NCBI GenBank assembly: GCA_963845535.1
Contig: CAWJSK010000014.1
Location: 1 to 64,000, forward strand
Length of the DNA stretch: 64,000 bases
Direction of reading: 5' to 3'
From: an uncultured Spirochaetota bacterium
Lineage (GTDB): Bacteria > Spirochaetota > Spirochaetia > SZUA-6 > Fen-1364
The translations under genes and the position numbers were made by a program. The stretch's first letter is position 1; every line of letters begins with the position of its first letter. Under the pieces are notes generated by a model. The model ran no database searches. It was not told the DNA's origin and saw only the letters and a list, made by a program, of their open reading frames with translations. Positions 36,308-47,308 of this stretch are shown here, piece after piece.

Positions 36308-37507
36308 ATGCCGTCAGTCGAGATACGCCCGGAGGTATACTGGATCGGGCTCAACGACCGGACCACCGACCTTTTCGAAGGGATCTGGCCGGTGAGCCAG
36401 GGAGGGGTCACCTACAACTCCTACCTCCTGCGCGACGACAAAAAGGTCATCATCGACCTTGCAAAGGACTTCAAGACCGACGAGTATTTCGAGCGCATCG
36501 AAGCCCTCGTTCCGCTCTCCGAGATTGACTACATCGTCGTGAACCACATGGAGCCCGACCACACCGGAGCCGTCCGCGCGTTGGTGCGCATACCGCGCAA
36601 GCTCACGATCCTGGCCACGGAAAAAGCGCGGGAGATGCTCGCCGCGTTCTACGGGATCACGGAGAACGTGCGGGTGGTGGCGGATGGAGAAGAGCTATCC
36701 ATCGGCAAGCGCACGCTGAAGTTTGTGCATGCCCCCTTTGTCCACTGGCCTGAGACGATGGTAACGTATGACGTCACGGACAAGATCTTGTTCTCCTGCG
36801 ATGCTTTTGGCGGCTACGGCGCCCTGCCCGGGACGATCTTCGATGACCAGTGCTCGGACCTTGTGTTCTATGAGCGCGAGGCGCTTCGCTACTACGTGAA
36901 CATCGTGGCCAAGTTCAGCACGCCGACGCTGAAGGCGATCGAGAAACTTGCCGGCATCCCTATCGACGTCATTGCGCCGTCCCATGGCCTTGTCTGGAGG
37001 AGAGACCCCGGCAGGATCGTTGAGCTCTACCGCCAGTGGGCCAACCTGGCACAGGGGGGCGGTGAGAGGGGTGTCACGCTGGTGTATGGCTCCATGTACG
37101 GAAATACGGAGAAAATGATGAACGCGGTGGCCCAGGGAATCTCCCGCGCGGGCCTGCCGGTGGAAATCTTCGACGCCGCCCGTGTCCATCCCAGCTACAT
37201 CCTTCCGGCTCTCTGGACGTATCGCGGCGTCATGATCGGCGCCCCCACCTACGAAGGCGCGCTCTTTCCTCCCGTCGCGCAGGCCATAGACATGGCGGCG
37301 CTCAAGAGGGTGGTGAACAAGAAGGCCGCCATCTTCGGCAGCTACGGCTGGAGCAAGGGTGGGATGGCGGCGTTCCGCAAAATGGTGGAGCCGCTCAAAT
37401 GGGAGGTCACCGAGATGCTCGAGTTCCGCGGAAGCCCGACCGCGGAGCAGCTACGCCAGGGGGAGGAGCTGGGGGAGCGGTTCGCCGCCGCGGTCAAAAC
37501 GCCGTAA
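36308..37507 (+). CDS. fprA: FprA-type flavodiiron protein
   Basis: HMEPDH, HWPE, SCDAFG, PSHG, SMYGNT, FGSYGWS. Confidence 0.93.
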   Translation: MPSVEIRPEVYWIGLNDRTTDLFEGIWPVSQGGVTYNSYLLRDDKKVIIDLAKDFKTDEYFERIEALVPLSEIDYIVVNHMEPDHTGAVRALVRIPRKLTILATEKAREMLAAFYGITENVRVVADGEELSIGKRTLKFVHAPFVHWPETMVTYDVTDKILFSCDAFGGYGALPGTIFDDQCSDLVFYEREALRYYVNIVAKFSTPTLKAIEKLAGIPIDVIAPSHGLVWRRDPGRIVELYRQWANLAQGGGERGVTLVYGSMYGNTEKMMNAVAQGISRAGLPVEIFDAARVHPSYILPALWTYRGVMIGAPTYEGALFPPVAQAIDMAALKRVVNKKAAIFGSYGWSKGGMAAFRKMVEPLKWEVTEMLEFRGSPTAEQLRQGEELGERFAAAVKTP

Positions 37508-37580
37508 GCCCCGACCCTGCAAGACCGCCGGGGTTGGCGCCTGCAGAGACCCGACGGTATATTTCTGCTGGAGGCGTGCC

Positions 37581-38132
37581 ATGAAAAACTTCCTGCTGAT
37601 GTTGTGCGCTCTCGACCTTCTTTCCTGCGCATCCACGCCGCCCCGGTATACGGCGACACTGGATGACACGTACAAGGACGGGGCCGTCGGCGTGTCCCTG
37701 GTGGGGCTTGCTCCTGACGGCTCTCCCTCTCCCGAGGGGCTCATTGTGAAGTGCGTGAACGCAAGTGCCGCTCCCGTGACCGTGGAATGGGTGAAGTCCA
37801 CTTTCTCCCTGGGCAGCGCGCCTCACCCGGTCTTCGTGGAGGCCGATGGTTACGGTGATCTGCGCGGAGCGCCCCCGGAGACCCCCCTTGCGGCCGGATC
37901 GAACATCGTGGAGACCGTATACCCGGCGAACCGTGTCGTTACGATGGCTGGCGGGTGGGGGCCGCCGAAGCTGGACATCCAGCCCTTTGGATCAGAACAG
38001 GTCTCCCTGTCCATCTGCGTGAACGTCTCAGGGCAGGATCGCTTCTACACTTTGAAGGTGGACATGGAGCCGCAAGCCGCGGCCCCCGTGCAAGCCACTG
38101 CTCCGCGCCCTGAGGGGCAGTCTATGCGATAG
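37581..38132 (+). CDS. Lipoprotein
   Basis: GGAGG RBS; LLSC lipobox. Confidence 0.7.
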   Translation: MKNFLLMLCALDLLSCASTPPRYTATLDDTYKDGAVGVSLVGLAPDGSPSPEGLIVKCVNASAAPVTVEWVKSTFSLGSAPHPVFVEADGYGDLRGAPPETPLAAGSNIVETVYPANRVVTMAGGWGPPKLDIQPFGSEQVSLSICVNVSGQDRFYTLKVDMEPQAAAPVQATAPRPEGQSMR

Positions 38133-38188
38133 GAGCCAGTGGGGCTACGGGTTTGACCGTCCCGAGAATCTGGGTTACAATTTACCAT

Positions 38189-38719
38189 ATGAAATCTGCT
38201 CGCAAGCCTGCTCGTCATGCGCCTACCAAGTACAAGGTAGGGCAGGAGATAGTATATCCCCTGCAGGGCGTGGGACACATCCGCGCCATCGAGGAGAGGC
38301 CATTTCGGGACAGGAAGCTCCTGTATTACATCGTCTACCTCGAGGTTTCCGACATGACGATCATGGTGCCGGTGGACAAGGCGGATGACCTCGGAATCCG
38401 CGCCATCGTCGGCAAGAAAGAGTCGCAGAAAGCCTTGCGGCTCATTGCGGAAGAGTATGAGCCGGTCCTCGCGGACTGGAAGCTGCGCTACCAGATGAAC
38501 CTCGACCTGCTGAAAAAGGGCAGCATCATCGACATCGCCAACGTCGTGCGCGCCCTGTACCACAGGAGCAGGATCAAGGAGCTGCCCATCCTGGAGCGCA
38601 AACTGTACGACAGCGCGCTGAAGCTCCTCATTGACGAGATCTCCTTCTCCCTGCTCAAGGGCAAGGATGAAGTGGAGGAGCTGATCTTCTCGAAGCTCAA
38701 AGTCAACGCAGTAAAGTGA
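38189..38719 (+). CDS. carD: CarD family transcriptional regulator
   Basis: IVYPLQGVG, MVPV, WKLRY. Confidence 0.9.
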   Translation: MKSARKPARHAPTKYKVGQEIVYPLQGVGHIRAIEERPFRDRKLLYYIVYLEVSDMTIMVPVDKADDLGIRAIVGKKESQKALRLIAEEYEPVLADWKLRYQMNLDLLKKGSIIDIANVVRALYHRSRIKELPILERKLYDSALKLLIDEISFSLLKGKDEVEELIFSKLKVNAVK

Positions 38720-39375
38720 CCGCGCGGCCGTGGGACCGTATCATACGAAGAATAACAGCGACCCTTGAATCCCTGACCGGGCTGCCGTCGGTTTCCGAAG
38801 TGGCGCGTAAAGACCATGACCCTTTCCGTGTCCTTGTGGCAACCATGATCTCCCTGAGGACCAAGGATGCCGTGACAAGCGTCGCTTCGGAGAAGCTCCT
38901 TGCCCTTGCGCCAACCGCTTCCGCCCTGGCCGCTGTGCCGGAGGCGAAGATCGAGAAGCTCATCTACCCCGCCGGGTTCTATCGCACGAAAGCCAGGTCC
39001 TTGCGCCGGACCGCGCGCATCCTCGTTGAGCAGCACGGAGGCACCGTGCCTCGGACCATGGAGGAGCTGCTCGACCTGCCGGGAGTCGGCAGGAAGACCG
39101 CCAACCTCGTCCTCAACCTGGGATATGGCGTGCCGGGGATCTGCGTGGACACGCACGTTCATCGCATTTCCAACAGGACGGGATGGGTGAAGACACGGGA
39201 CCCGGCGGGCACCGAGCAGGCCCTCATGGAGATCCTTCCGCGCAAATACTGGATCAGCATCAACGAGCTGCTGGTAAGGTTCGGGCAGACGATCTGCACC
39301 CCCGTGTCTCCCCGGTGCAGCATCTGTCCCATTACTTCCTGGTGCGCCAGGGTTGGCGTAACGAGGTCGAGATGA
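38716..39375 (+). CDS. nth: Endonuclease III
   Basis: LPGVGRKTA HhH motif, VDTH, C-x6-C-x2-C-x5-C. Confidence 0.93.
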   Translation: MTARPWDRIIRRITATLESLTGLPSVSEVARKDHDPFRVLVATMISLRTKDAVTSVASEKLLALAPTASALAAVPEAKIEKLIYPAGFYRTKARSLRRTARILVEQHGGTVPRTMEELLDLPGVGRKTANLVLNLGYGVPGICVDTHVHRISNRTGWVKTRDPAGTEQALMEILPRKYWISINELLVRFGQTICTPVSPRCSICPITSWCARVGVTRSR

Positions 39376-39746
39376 AAGTCACCGCGGCCGTTATCGAAGA
39401 AAACGGGAAGGTCCTGATTGGCCGCCGGAAGCCGGGGCGCCACATGGGCGGGAAATGGGAGCTCCCTGGCGGCAAGATCGAGCCCGGGGAGACGCCGCAG
39501 GAGTCCCTTGCCCGCGAGCTGTTGGAGGAGCTTGCCATCCAGGTCCGCGTTGGCGAGTTCCTCTGCAACGCGTTCTACGACGGGGACGGGGTGAGCCTGG
39601 AGCTTCTGGTGTACCGTGTGCAGAGGCTGGAGGGGGAGCCGACGCTCATTGAGCACCAGGAGCTGCGCTGGGTGGAGCCGGGTGAGCTTGCGGGATTCGA
39701 CCTTGCGGATTCAGACAGGAAGGTTGTAGAGAGTCTTTACGGCTGA
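39372..39746 (+). CDS. MutT/NudG-like Nudix hydrolase
   Basis: WELPGGKIEPGETPQESLARELLEEL Nudix box. Confidence 0.9.
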   Translation: MKVTAAVIEENGKVLIGRRKPGRHMGGKWELPGGKIEPGETPQESLARELLEELAIQVRVGEFLCNAFYDGDGVSLELLVYRVQRLEGEPTLIEHQELRWVEPGELAGFDLADSDRKVVESLYG

Positions 39747-39772
39747 CTCCGCGGGAGCCTCCCCGCGGAGTC
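39745..39772. terminator. Hairpin between convergent genes
   Basis: GACTCCGCGGG..CCCGCGGAGTC. Confidence 0.55.
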
Positions 39773-39786
39773 AACGAGGAGGTTCC

Positions 39787-40161
39787 TTACTTCTTCACCT
39801 TTGCCTTCAGCGCGGATTCTTTGAAGGTCTTGCTGAAGGTGAAACGGGGAACCTTGGTTGCCGGTTTGGCGGGGATGGTGATCTCCTGGCCGGTGAGGGG
39901 GTTCCTCCCGGTCCGGGCACCCCGCGCGGGCCTCACCCTGATGAACATCTTTCCGATCTTGCCAATTGCCACGCGCTCTCCCCTCATGACGCCGGCCGCC
40001 ACGAGATCGAAGAGGTCTTCCATGACCTGCTTTGCTTCCTTGCGCGCAAGCGTGTTCTTCTCCGCGAGGTATCCGATCATGGAAGCCCCGGTGAGCTTAT
40101 CCGGCACCTTCGGGGGCGCCGCCTTCTTCACGGGTGTCTTTGCCACTGTTTCCCCTCCCAT
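39787..40161 (-). CDS. HU-family DNA-binding protein
   Basis: RTGRNPLTGQEITIPAK..F. Confidence 0.9.
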   Translation of the reverse strand: MGGETVAKTPVKKAAPPKVPDKLTGASMIGYLAEKNTLARKEAKQVMEDLFDLVAAGVMRGERVAIGKIGKMFIRVRPARGARTGRNPLTGQEITIPAKPATKVPRFTFSKTFKESALKAKVKK

Positions 40162-40262
40162 TATGGTTCTGATATGCGGCCCACGGCCGCATCAACGACA
40201 CATGTAGCCAACAAGACTATACGCAGACGTGGAGAATGTCCAGAGCGCGACGTATGATTATA

Positions 40263-40291
40263 TTGACACTACAAGGCTCGAAAGATAGGAT
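40263..40291 (+). promoter_or_regulatory. Sigma70-like promoter
   Basis: TTGACA-N17-TAGGAT. Confidence 0.6.
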
Positions 40292-40317
40292 GACCCTTTG
40301 ACTGTGACGGTGTTTGA

Positions 40318-40809
40318 ATGGACATAGATCATTGTTTTCAGACCGGCTCGGTGGTTGCCGAGCTTTCAAGCGGTGAAAAGTTCACGGCAATCCGTGAGAT
40401 CATTTACAGCGCGCCGGTCTTCCGCCAGATCCCGGACCTCAACTCGTTCGAGGAGGCCGTGATTTCGCGGGAAAAGATGCAATCCACCGGCTTCGGCCAT
40501 GGGGTCGCAGTGGCGCATGGGCGCATACCGGGGCTGTCACGTGTCCTGATTGGCTTCGGCATATCCCGCGCAGGGATCCCCTTCGAGGCGGCGGACGGCA
40601 AGCCCGTGCATCTTCTTTTCGTCATCGCCTCTCCCCCCCACCTCTCGCTGGATTATCTCCAGATCCTCTCCACTCTCGTGAGATGCCTGCGTGACAGACC
40701 CATGCGGGAATCCATCATGGCCTGTTCGGGCGCGCGTGAGATGGAGGTCAGGATCAGGGAAGCGTTCAACACGGACCTGGGCAGGCAGGCCTGCCAGGCC
40801 GCAACCTGA
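40318..40809 (+). CDS. PTS IIA (Fru/Ntr type) protein
   Basis: REKMQSTGFGHGVAVAHGR, DGKPVHLLF. Confidence 0.88.
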   Translation: MDIDHCFQTGSVVAELSSGEKFTAIREIIYSAPVFRQIPDLNSFEEAVISREKMQSTGFGHGVAVAHGRIPGLSRVLIGFGISRAGIPFEAADGKPVHLLFVIASPPHLSLDYLQILSTLVRCLRDRPMRESIMACSGAREMEVRIREAFNTDLGRQACQAAT

Positions 40810-40837
40810 AGCCAGACCGCGAAAGGGCGCGCACCAG

Positions 40838-41613
40838 ATGCTCCTTCTGCCGGCCATCGACCTTCGGGATGGCCGCTGCGTAAGGCTCCTGCGGGGCAGC
40901 TTTTCAAGCGCAACCCAATATCCCGATGATCCGGCGGAGATGGCCCGCGGGTTCGAGCAGAAGGGCATTCGCTGGATCCACATCGTCGATCTGGATGCCG
41001 CTGAAGGCAAAGGGAAGGACAACCTCGCTGTTATTGAACGCGTAGAGGCGCCGTGTCCTGCCGGTTGGAAGTGGGGGGCGGAGTGCGCTCGGAGGAACAG
41101 GCGGCCCGTCTTTTCGAGCTGGGAGTGGACCTGATTGTCCTGGGAACGGTCCTCGTGCGTTCTTCGCAGGCGGTGGCATCATGGATCCGCACGCTGGGGC
41201 ACCGCTTCATTGGCGGCGTTGATGCCCGGGACGGGGTTGTGCGCGTTGCCGGCTGGACGGAAGACGGCGGCCAAAAGGACACCGAGGTTGCCACCGGGCT
41301 CGCAGGGCTGGGAATCCGCGGTCTCATCTATACGAACATCAGCAGGGACGGCACCCTCCAAGGACCGGACGTGGAGCGGACGAACACAGCGGCCAGGGCG
41401 TCCGGTCTCCCGACGCTTCTCTCCGGGGGCATTGGATCACGGCGGGACGTGGATGACGCCGCCGGTCGTTGTGATCCGCTTGTTGTCGGGATGATCCTCG
41501 GCAAGGCGATTTACGAATCGAGGCTGGACCTTGCGGAGCTTGTCAGGGCGTATCCGCAGAACCCCGGCTCGCGGGGAGCGAGCTCTCCGTGGGATTCCTC
41601 AGCATCCGCATGA
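40838..41613 (+). CDS. hisA: HisA isomerase, frameshifted near 41050
   Basis: PAIDLRDGRCVRL, HIVDLD / VGGGVRS, TNISRDGTLQG, SGG, GKAIY. Confidence 0.9.
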
Positions 41614-42128
41614 TCTGGTCCGCCACTTCCTCAGGCGTACGGCCGTCGGTTTCCACGGGCCTGCCCAGCGCCTCATAGATCGAAAGCCGGCTTTCAAACA
41701 GGCGTTGCAGCGCGCTGTCCTCCTGGGCCAGGAGCGGACGCACCGGTCCGCCGACTGCCTGCGCCCTTTTGCGCGCATTCCGCATGCTGACGCGCAAGTG
41801 GAAGGTCACGGCGTGAACGCGAAAGAAGCCCCTGTTCGGTTCCGGGACGGGCGCGCCGCCGCCGGCAGCAATCACCATCCGTAAACGGCCTGCCAGTGAG
41901 AGGAGCGCTTCTGCTTCCAGGCGGCGGAAAAAAGTCTCACCCTTGCGCTGAAAGACATCCGCAATCGGCGCGCCCGCCCTGGCCACGATGAGATCATCGG
42001 TATCCACAAAATCGTAGCCGATCCTCCCGGCCAGCAGTCTCCCCACGGTGGTCTTTCCGGCCCCCATGAAACCGATGAGCGCGATGAGGGAGGGGAGTGA
42101 AGGGTCGCGTGCAGCCGGGCAGGGCCAT
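41543..42128 (-). CDS. aroK: Shikimate kinase (start uncertain)
   Basis: IGFMGAGKTT, DTD, GETFFR, GGG, RPLL. Confidence 0.88.
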
Positions 42129-42142
42129 TGTTCACCGGCCCG

Positions 42143-42985
42143 CTATCTGCGGGACCGCGCGGCAAGGATCCTGTCCAGCTCTTTCTTGAGCGCTGGCACG
42201 CTGTCCGCGTAACGAATGATCGCTTCGAGATAGCCTCCCGGTTCCCCGGTATCGAGCCTTTCACCCTCGACGCGTGAGAAGACAACACGGTTCCTCCGGG
42301 CCAGGGCCCGAACGGCTCCCGTGTGGAAGAACTCTCCTTCGCCGTGGCCCTTCCATTCCACTTCAAGCTGTTCGAGGAAGTCAGGGGTATACAGAAATCT
42401 CCCGATAGAAGCCTCACGGCTCGGCTCTTTCCCCGGGGACGGCTTTTCGACGATGTCCGTGACATGAAGCCCGTCAGGGGCAATCGAAATGACCCCGTAC
42501 CTGTTGATGTCCGGAGGGTCGTGCAGCGTGGCAAGCACGGTGCAGCCGGTCCTCTTCCAGGCGTCGATGAGCTGGAGGGAAAGCGGCTTCTTGCCGAAAT
42601 GGATGTCATCCGGGTAGGCGACGACAAACGGATCACTGCCGGTGAAGGGATGCGCCAGGAGCAGCGCATGCCCGGTCCCCTTCATCTCGGCCTGGCGCAC
42701 AAAGAAAAAGGACGCCTTTGCCGCTGAGATGGCGGCAAGCTTCTTCTGGTCTCCCGCGGCTCGAAACACGCTTTCCAGCTCCACCTCGCGGTCGAAGTAG
42801 TCCTCGATTGCCTTCTTTCTTCGGGACGTGATGAAAAGGATTTCCGTGATTCCCGAGGCAATGAACTCTTCCACGATGAAATCGATGGAAGGCCGGGTGA
42901 CAAGGGGGAGCATTTCCTTCGGGATGGTCTTTGTCACGGGAAGGAAGCGCGTCCCGTAACCGGCGGCGACAATAACGCCTTTCAT
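42143..42985 (-). CDS. galU: UTP--glucose-1-phosphate uridylyltransferase
   Basis: AAGYGTRFLPVTKTIPKEMLP, VRQ..GTGHA, VEKP. Confidence 0.9.
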   Translation of the reverse strand: MKGVIVAAGYGTRFLPVTKTIPKEMLPLVTRPSIDFIVEEFIASGITEILFITSRRKKAIEDYFDREVELESVFRAAGDQKKLAAISAAKASFFFVRQAEMKGTGHALLLAHPFTGSDPFVVAYPDDIHFGKKPLSLQLIDAWKRTGCTVLATLHDPPDINRYGVISIAPDGLHVTDIVEKPSPGKEPSREASIGRFLYTPDFLEQLEVEWKGHGEGEFFHTGAVRALARRNRVVFSRVEGERLDTGEPGGYLEAIIRYADSVPALKKELDRILAARSRR

Positions 42986-43101
42986 GATGGGTGATTATAG
43001 CGAAAGAACGCCGAATTGACTAATGCCGGGCTCCTCCGGTAATCTCGATGGGCTCACTCGTAATTCCTGGGCTCACTCATACGTCGGCACGTGGGGGGGA
43101 T

Positions 43102-44323
43102 ATGAAAATCTGGATTAAGCTGCTTGTCGGCTCGATCATAGGGATAGTTCTGGGCTTCGTGATCCCGGTCCAGGCGCAGCAGTTTTTCGACTCGCTGTCC
43201 GGGGTGCTCATCGGCATTGGCAGATACGTGCTGTTTCCCTTCATCTTCTTTTCCCTGGGGATCGGGACCTCCGAGCTTCGTCAGGAGAAAAGGCTTGGCC
43301 GCGTCTACCTCTCCAGCCTGAAGTATCTCGCGCTCTCCGCAGCGGTTCTCATTGTGATCGGAACCATCTCTGTCCTGGTTTTCCCGCCGGAGCGGATCCC
43401 CATCACCGTGGAGGCGGGCAGGAGCTTCGAGCCTGTCAGCGTCCTTCAGGGGCTCAGGACGATTTTTCCCCGAAACCTTTTCTCCGTGTTCAACGGCAGC
43501 GGGGACTTCCTCCTGCCCGTCATGGTGCTTGCTTTCCTGCTGGGAGCCAACATGGACTTCGACCGGCAGCTCACGCGGCCCATCGTCCAGATCTTCGACT
43601 CCTTATCACGGATTTTCTATCACTTGAACTCCCTTGTCGTGGAGTTGTTTGCAATCGCCATGATCATCATCGCGGCGGCGTGGGTGTCGCACGTGACCCA
43701 CGCTGACCTGGGAATGTACAAGCAGATCCCTCATCATCCTGGGAGTGGACGTGGCGCTGGTGGTTTTCGGCGTTTTCCCGGGCGCCTTGTATCTCCTGGG
43801 GATCAAGGAGAACCCCTATCGATGGCTGTACGCTTCCATCGGTCCCGCTATTGCCGGACTCTTTTCCGGGGACCAGTACCTGTCACTCGGCGTGCTCACC
43901 AAGCACGGCAAGGAGAGCCTCGGGGTCCCGCGAATGGTGGGCTCCGCGGTCTATCCCCTGTTCGGCGTCCTGGGCCGCGCGGGAACGGCAATGATTTCCT
44001 GCGTCTCTTTCATCCTTATCCTTCGATCGTATTCCAGCCTTGAGATCACGTTCTTCCAGACTTTGTGGGTCATGCTTTTCACTTTCCTTGTGTCCTTCAT
44101 CCTGGGAGCCGTGCCGGGCAACGCCGCGTACTTCTCCCTCTTCATGCTGTGCACTCTGTACGGCAAAGGCATCCAGGAAGGGTACTTGATCCTCGGCACT
44201 ATCGCTCCCATCCTCATCGCCCTCGGCGCGTTTGTGGACGTCCTCAGCTCGGCCTTTGTCTCTCTCATGATAGCTCGGGAAGAGGACGTATGGACGGAAG
44301 TGGAGACGGAGAACTTTATTTAG
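43102..44323 (+). CDS. Dicarboxylate/amino acid:cation symporter family protein, frameshifted near 43730
   Basis: Multiple TM segments, FPRNLF, LGVP, GAVPG; two overlapping ORFs. Confidence 0.8.
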
Positions 44324-45118
44324 GGCGCTGAAGCGCCGCCTGACGGCGGCTGCGCTCCCGCTGAGGGCTGCCCTCCCGCTGGCGTGGGGCTGAGCGGCTG
44401 CGGGAGGCGTGGTTGCGGGAGCCTGCGAAGCGGCCGGAGGCTGAGCGGCCGCGGGAGTTGTGGCCGCCGGTTTTCCGCCCAGGGTGATCACAAAGCCGAT
44501 ATCCAGACCGACCAGGAGCTGGTCGTAGAAAGGCAGGCCTTCTCCGTCCCACAAGTGGAACAAGGGGTACATCCCGCGAAGCGTGAAAGCAAGCGTGACC
44601 CCGTCCACGACGTGCCATCGTGTGATGAACCTCGTCTCAGGGTAAATGAAGCGCCCTTGGGAATAGAAATACGTCACCCCATCCCCAATGTTCGTGGCCG
44701 AGCTTGGGTTCTGAAACTCGAAGGGGAAACGGATGAGGAAGTCGACCCCCAGCGCTCCTCCCATTTCGATGTCCTTGGATAACGTATACAGAAGCCCCGA
44801 TTGCAGCGTGATCAGGCTTCCGATCGTGAGGAAGCTTGTTCCCGACTCGTACGGCGCAGGGACAGTCCGCCCTGTGATAGGGTCTACCTCGTAGTAGCTG
44901 CCGAAGAACTCGATGGAAGGCTCCAGGAAGAACGGCCCGTCTGATTTGATGGGCATGGATATCCCCAGCGTCTGCACCAGGGGGCTGGGCGCGCCTGGCG
45001 GCGAGCTGCCTATGAAAAGCAGGCCGGCGTTGATGTCCAGCTCTGAAATCTTGAGGGCAAAAGCAAACGCCGGGATTCCAAAAAGAAGGAGGGAGGCGAT
45101 GATGACTCTTGCCCTCAT
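44316..45118 (-). CDS. Secreted/outer-membrane hypothetical protein (3' end uncertain)
   Basis: Signal peptide MRARVII..AFA, beta-rich core, Pro/Ala-rich tail. Confidence 0.6.
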
Positions 45119-45170
45119 GACAAAGAGTATAGCACGCACGAGGCGCCTTTCGTAGCCGGCGAGCCGCGCC

Positions 45171-46502
45171 TCACAGGATGTTCGACGCCAGCTCGGCAAG
45201 CCTGGATCGCTCCCCTTTTTCCAGGGTGATGTGGGCGTACAGGGACTCTCCCTTCATTCGGTCAATGAGGCACGTGAGTCCGTTGGAGCGCGAGTCCAGG
45301 TATGGGGTGTCAATCTGGTACGGGTCCCCCGTGAAGACCACCTTGGTCCCTTCCCCTGCCCGCGTGATGATGGTCTTCACCTCGTGCGGGGTGAGGTTCT
45401 GCGCCTCATCGATGATGAAGTAAATCTTCGACAGGTGCCTGCCCCTGATGTAGGCAAGCGGCGTTATGACGAGCTTTCCGTTCTCCACCAGGTCATGGAT
45501 CCGCTTGTACTCGGGGGCGGTCTCCTCGAACTGGTTCTGGATCAGCGTGAGGTTGTCGAAAAGCGGCTGCATGAAGGGGTCCAGCTTGCTCTTGATGTCC
45601 CCGGGGAGAAAGCCGATGTCTCTGTTGGAAAGGGGCACGATGGGTCGGGCAAGGTATATCTGCTTGTAGCTCGACCTTTTCTCCAGCGCGGCGGCAAGCG
45701 CCATGAGCGTCTTGCCCGTGCCGGCCTTGCCTGCCAGGGTCACCAGCGGGATGTTCTCATTAAAGAGGGCATCCAGGGAGAATGTCTGCTCGGCGTTGCG
45801 CGGCTCAATGCCGTATGCCCGCCGCTTCTGAATGTGCCGGAACGCCTTTTCCTCCGCGTTGTACACGGCCAGCGTGCTCTTGTTTTGGTTGCGGATGATG
45901 AAGTACTCGTTGGGAAACGGGTCTCGGGTAAGCGGGACTTTTTCCCGGGCAATCGTTCCTTCCTGGAAGAGCTCGTCTATCAGGCCGCCGTCGACATCCT
46001 GCAGAATGTCCTTGCCTTTGTACAACTCGTCCATGTTGAGGATCTTGCCCGTCTCATAGTCTTCCGCCTTGACGCCGATGCTTTTGGCCTTCATGCGGAT
46101 GTTGATGTCCTTGGAGACGAGGATCACACGATCCTTTCCGTACTCTTTCGCCATGTTGAAGGCGGTGGAGATGATGCGATGGTCGGGCTTGTCCTCCCAG
46201 AACACATCCCCGAGGAGGCCGTCACGCTTCACGTTCGTTTCCACGACGAGCGTGCCGCCGCTGGGGAGCGGGATCCCGTCGCTCAGGAGCTTGTCACCGC
46301 CCATGGCGTCCAACTTCCGTGAGAACTCACGGGCGTTGAAGTTGATGATCTCGTTCCCTTTCTTGAACTTGTCGATCTCCTCCAGCACGGTGATTGGGAT
46401 GACCACGTTATGCTCCTGGAAGGAGGAAATGCACGCGTGGTCATGGAGAATCACGTTGGTGTCAAGAACGAAAATCTTGTTCGACCCTGAAAGAAGCGCC
46501 AT
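45171..46502 (-). CDS. PhoH2 (PIN-PhoH) protein
   Basis: FVLDTNV PIN; GKAGTGKT, RGR, DEAQN, TGDPYQID. Confidence 0.93.
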   Translation of the reverse strand: MALLSGSNKIFVLDTNVILHDHACISSFQEHNVVIPITVLEEIDKFKKGNEIINFNAREFSRKLDAMGGDKLLSDGIPLPSGGTLVVETNVKRDGLLGDVFWEDKPDHRIISTAFNMAKEYGKDRVILVSKDINIRMKAKSIGVKAEDYETGKILNMDELYKGKDILQDVDGGLIDELFQEGTIAREKVPLTRDPFPNEYFIIRNQNKSTLAVYNAEEKAFRHIQKRRAYGIEPRNAEQTFSLDALFNENIPLVTLAGKAGTGKTLMALAAALEKRSSYKQIYLARPIVPLSNRDIGFLPGDIKSKLDPFMQPLFDNLTLIQNQFEETAPEYKRIHDLVENGKLVITPLAYIRGRHLSKIYFIIDEAQNLTPHEVKTIITRAGEGTKVVFTGDPYQIDTPYLDSRSNGLTCLIDRMKGESLYAHITLEKGERSRLAELASNIL

Positions 46503-46536
46503 GGCGATAGTGTAGGGGGGCGCGGGCGGCCGATCA

Positions 46537-46592
46537 AGTAGGGGCGAATCGAGTAGGGGCGAATCGAGTAGGGGCGCGCCGAGTAGGGGCGA
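46537..46592. repeat. 15-bp tandem repeat, about 3.7 copies of AGTAGGGGCGAATCG
   Basis: Units start at 46537, 46552, 46567, 46582. Confidence 0.85.
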
Positions 46593-46647
46593 GGCTCGTA
46601 TTGAGGACCGCCCCCCGCGCGGCTATACTGGGTCGGAAGGAGTTGAT

Positions 46648-46974
46648 GTGGACCTCGCGTACAGGGAAATGGGGCCGGACGAGCAGGAGCTGGATTGGCG
46701 GGTGACGAAATCAGTCCTGTCGGACGCGACCCTCATGGGAACGCTGCAGAACGCCCAGAGCACGGGGCAGAAGCACGCCGTGGTGGCCCTGGTGGAGGGA
46801 GGCCAGCTAAAGGAGGCCTACGTCAGCCCTGAGGCGGCTGTGAAGACCGCCTACCCGTTCAACGCGGTGGACCAGGCATTCGAGCTCTATGATCCTTCCA
46901 ACGGCGTCTGCCTGGTGATCGTGAGGGACGGCAAGGTTGTCATTTCGATCAACGGTCTTATCGGACGATCATGA
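46648..46974 (+). CDS. Hypothetical protein
   Basis: AAGGAG RBS, GTG start, host-like codon use. Confidence 0.65.
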   Translation: MDLAYREMGPDEQELDWRVTKSVLSDATLMGTLQNAQSTGQKHAVVALVEGGQLKEAYVSPEAAVKTAYPFNAVDQAFELYDPSNGVCLVIVRDGKVVISINGLIGRS

Positions 46975-46987
46975 AGGAGGAACGGAA

Positions 46988-47290
46988 ATGCCTGAACATC
47001 CCCTGAATACTCTCAAGAAGTTGGATCCCGCTTATATGAGCGAGTTCGAGAAGATGGAGGACCTCGTCTATTCGGATGGCGCGCTTTCGAAGAAGGTAAA
47101 GCTTCTCATGGCGCTTGCATTCGACGCCGCTGACGGCGCCGTCAACGGGGTGACTGCGCTGGCACGGCAGGCCATGGCCGCGGGGGCCACAAAGCAGGAG
47201 ATTGCGGAAACCGTACGGGTGGCGGCGCAGCTTGGCGGGGTCGGAACATTGTACACCGCGTCACAAGCGCTGAAAGGGATCGTGGACTGA
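46988..47290 (+). CDS. Carboxymuconolactone decarboxylase/AhpD-like protein
   Basis: DGALSKKVKLLMAL, GATKQEIAE. Confidence 0.85.
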   Translation: MPEHPLNTLKKLDPAYMSEFEKMEDLVYSDGALSKKVKLLMALAFDAADGAVNGVTALARQAMAAGATKQEIAETVRVAAQLGGVGTLYTASQALKGIVD

Positions 47291-47308
47291 GGAAAAGGGA
47301 TTACCGCG

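Noticed and set aside
46537..46592. CRISPR array
   Set aside because: 15-bp period with no spacers and no cas genes in the window
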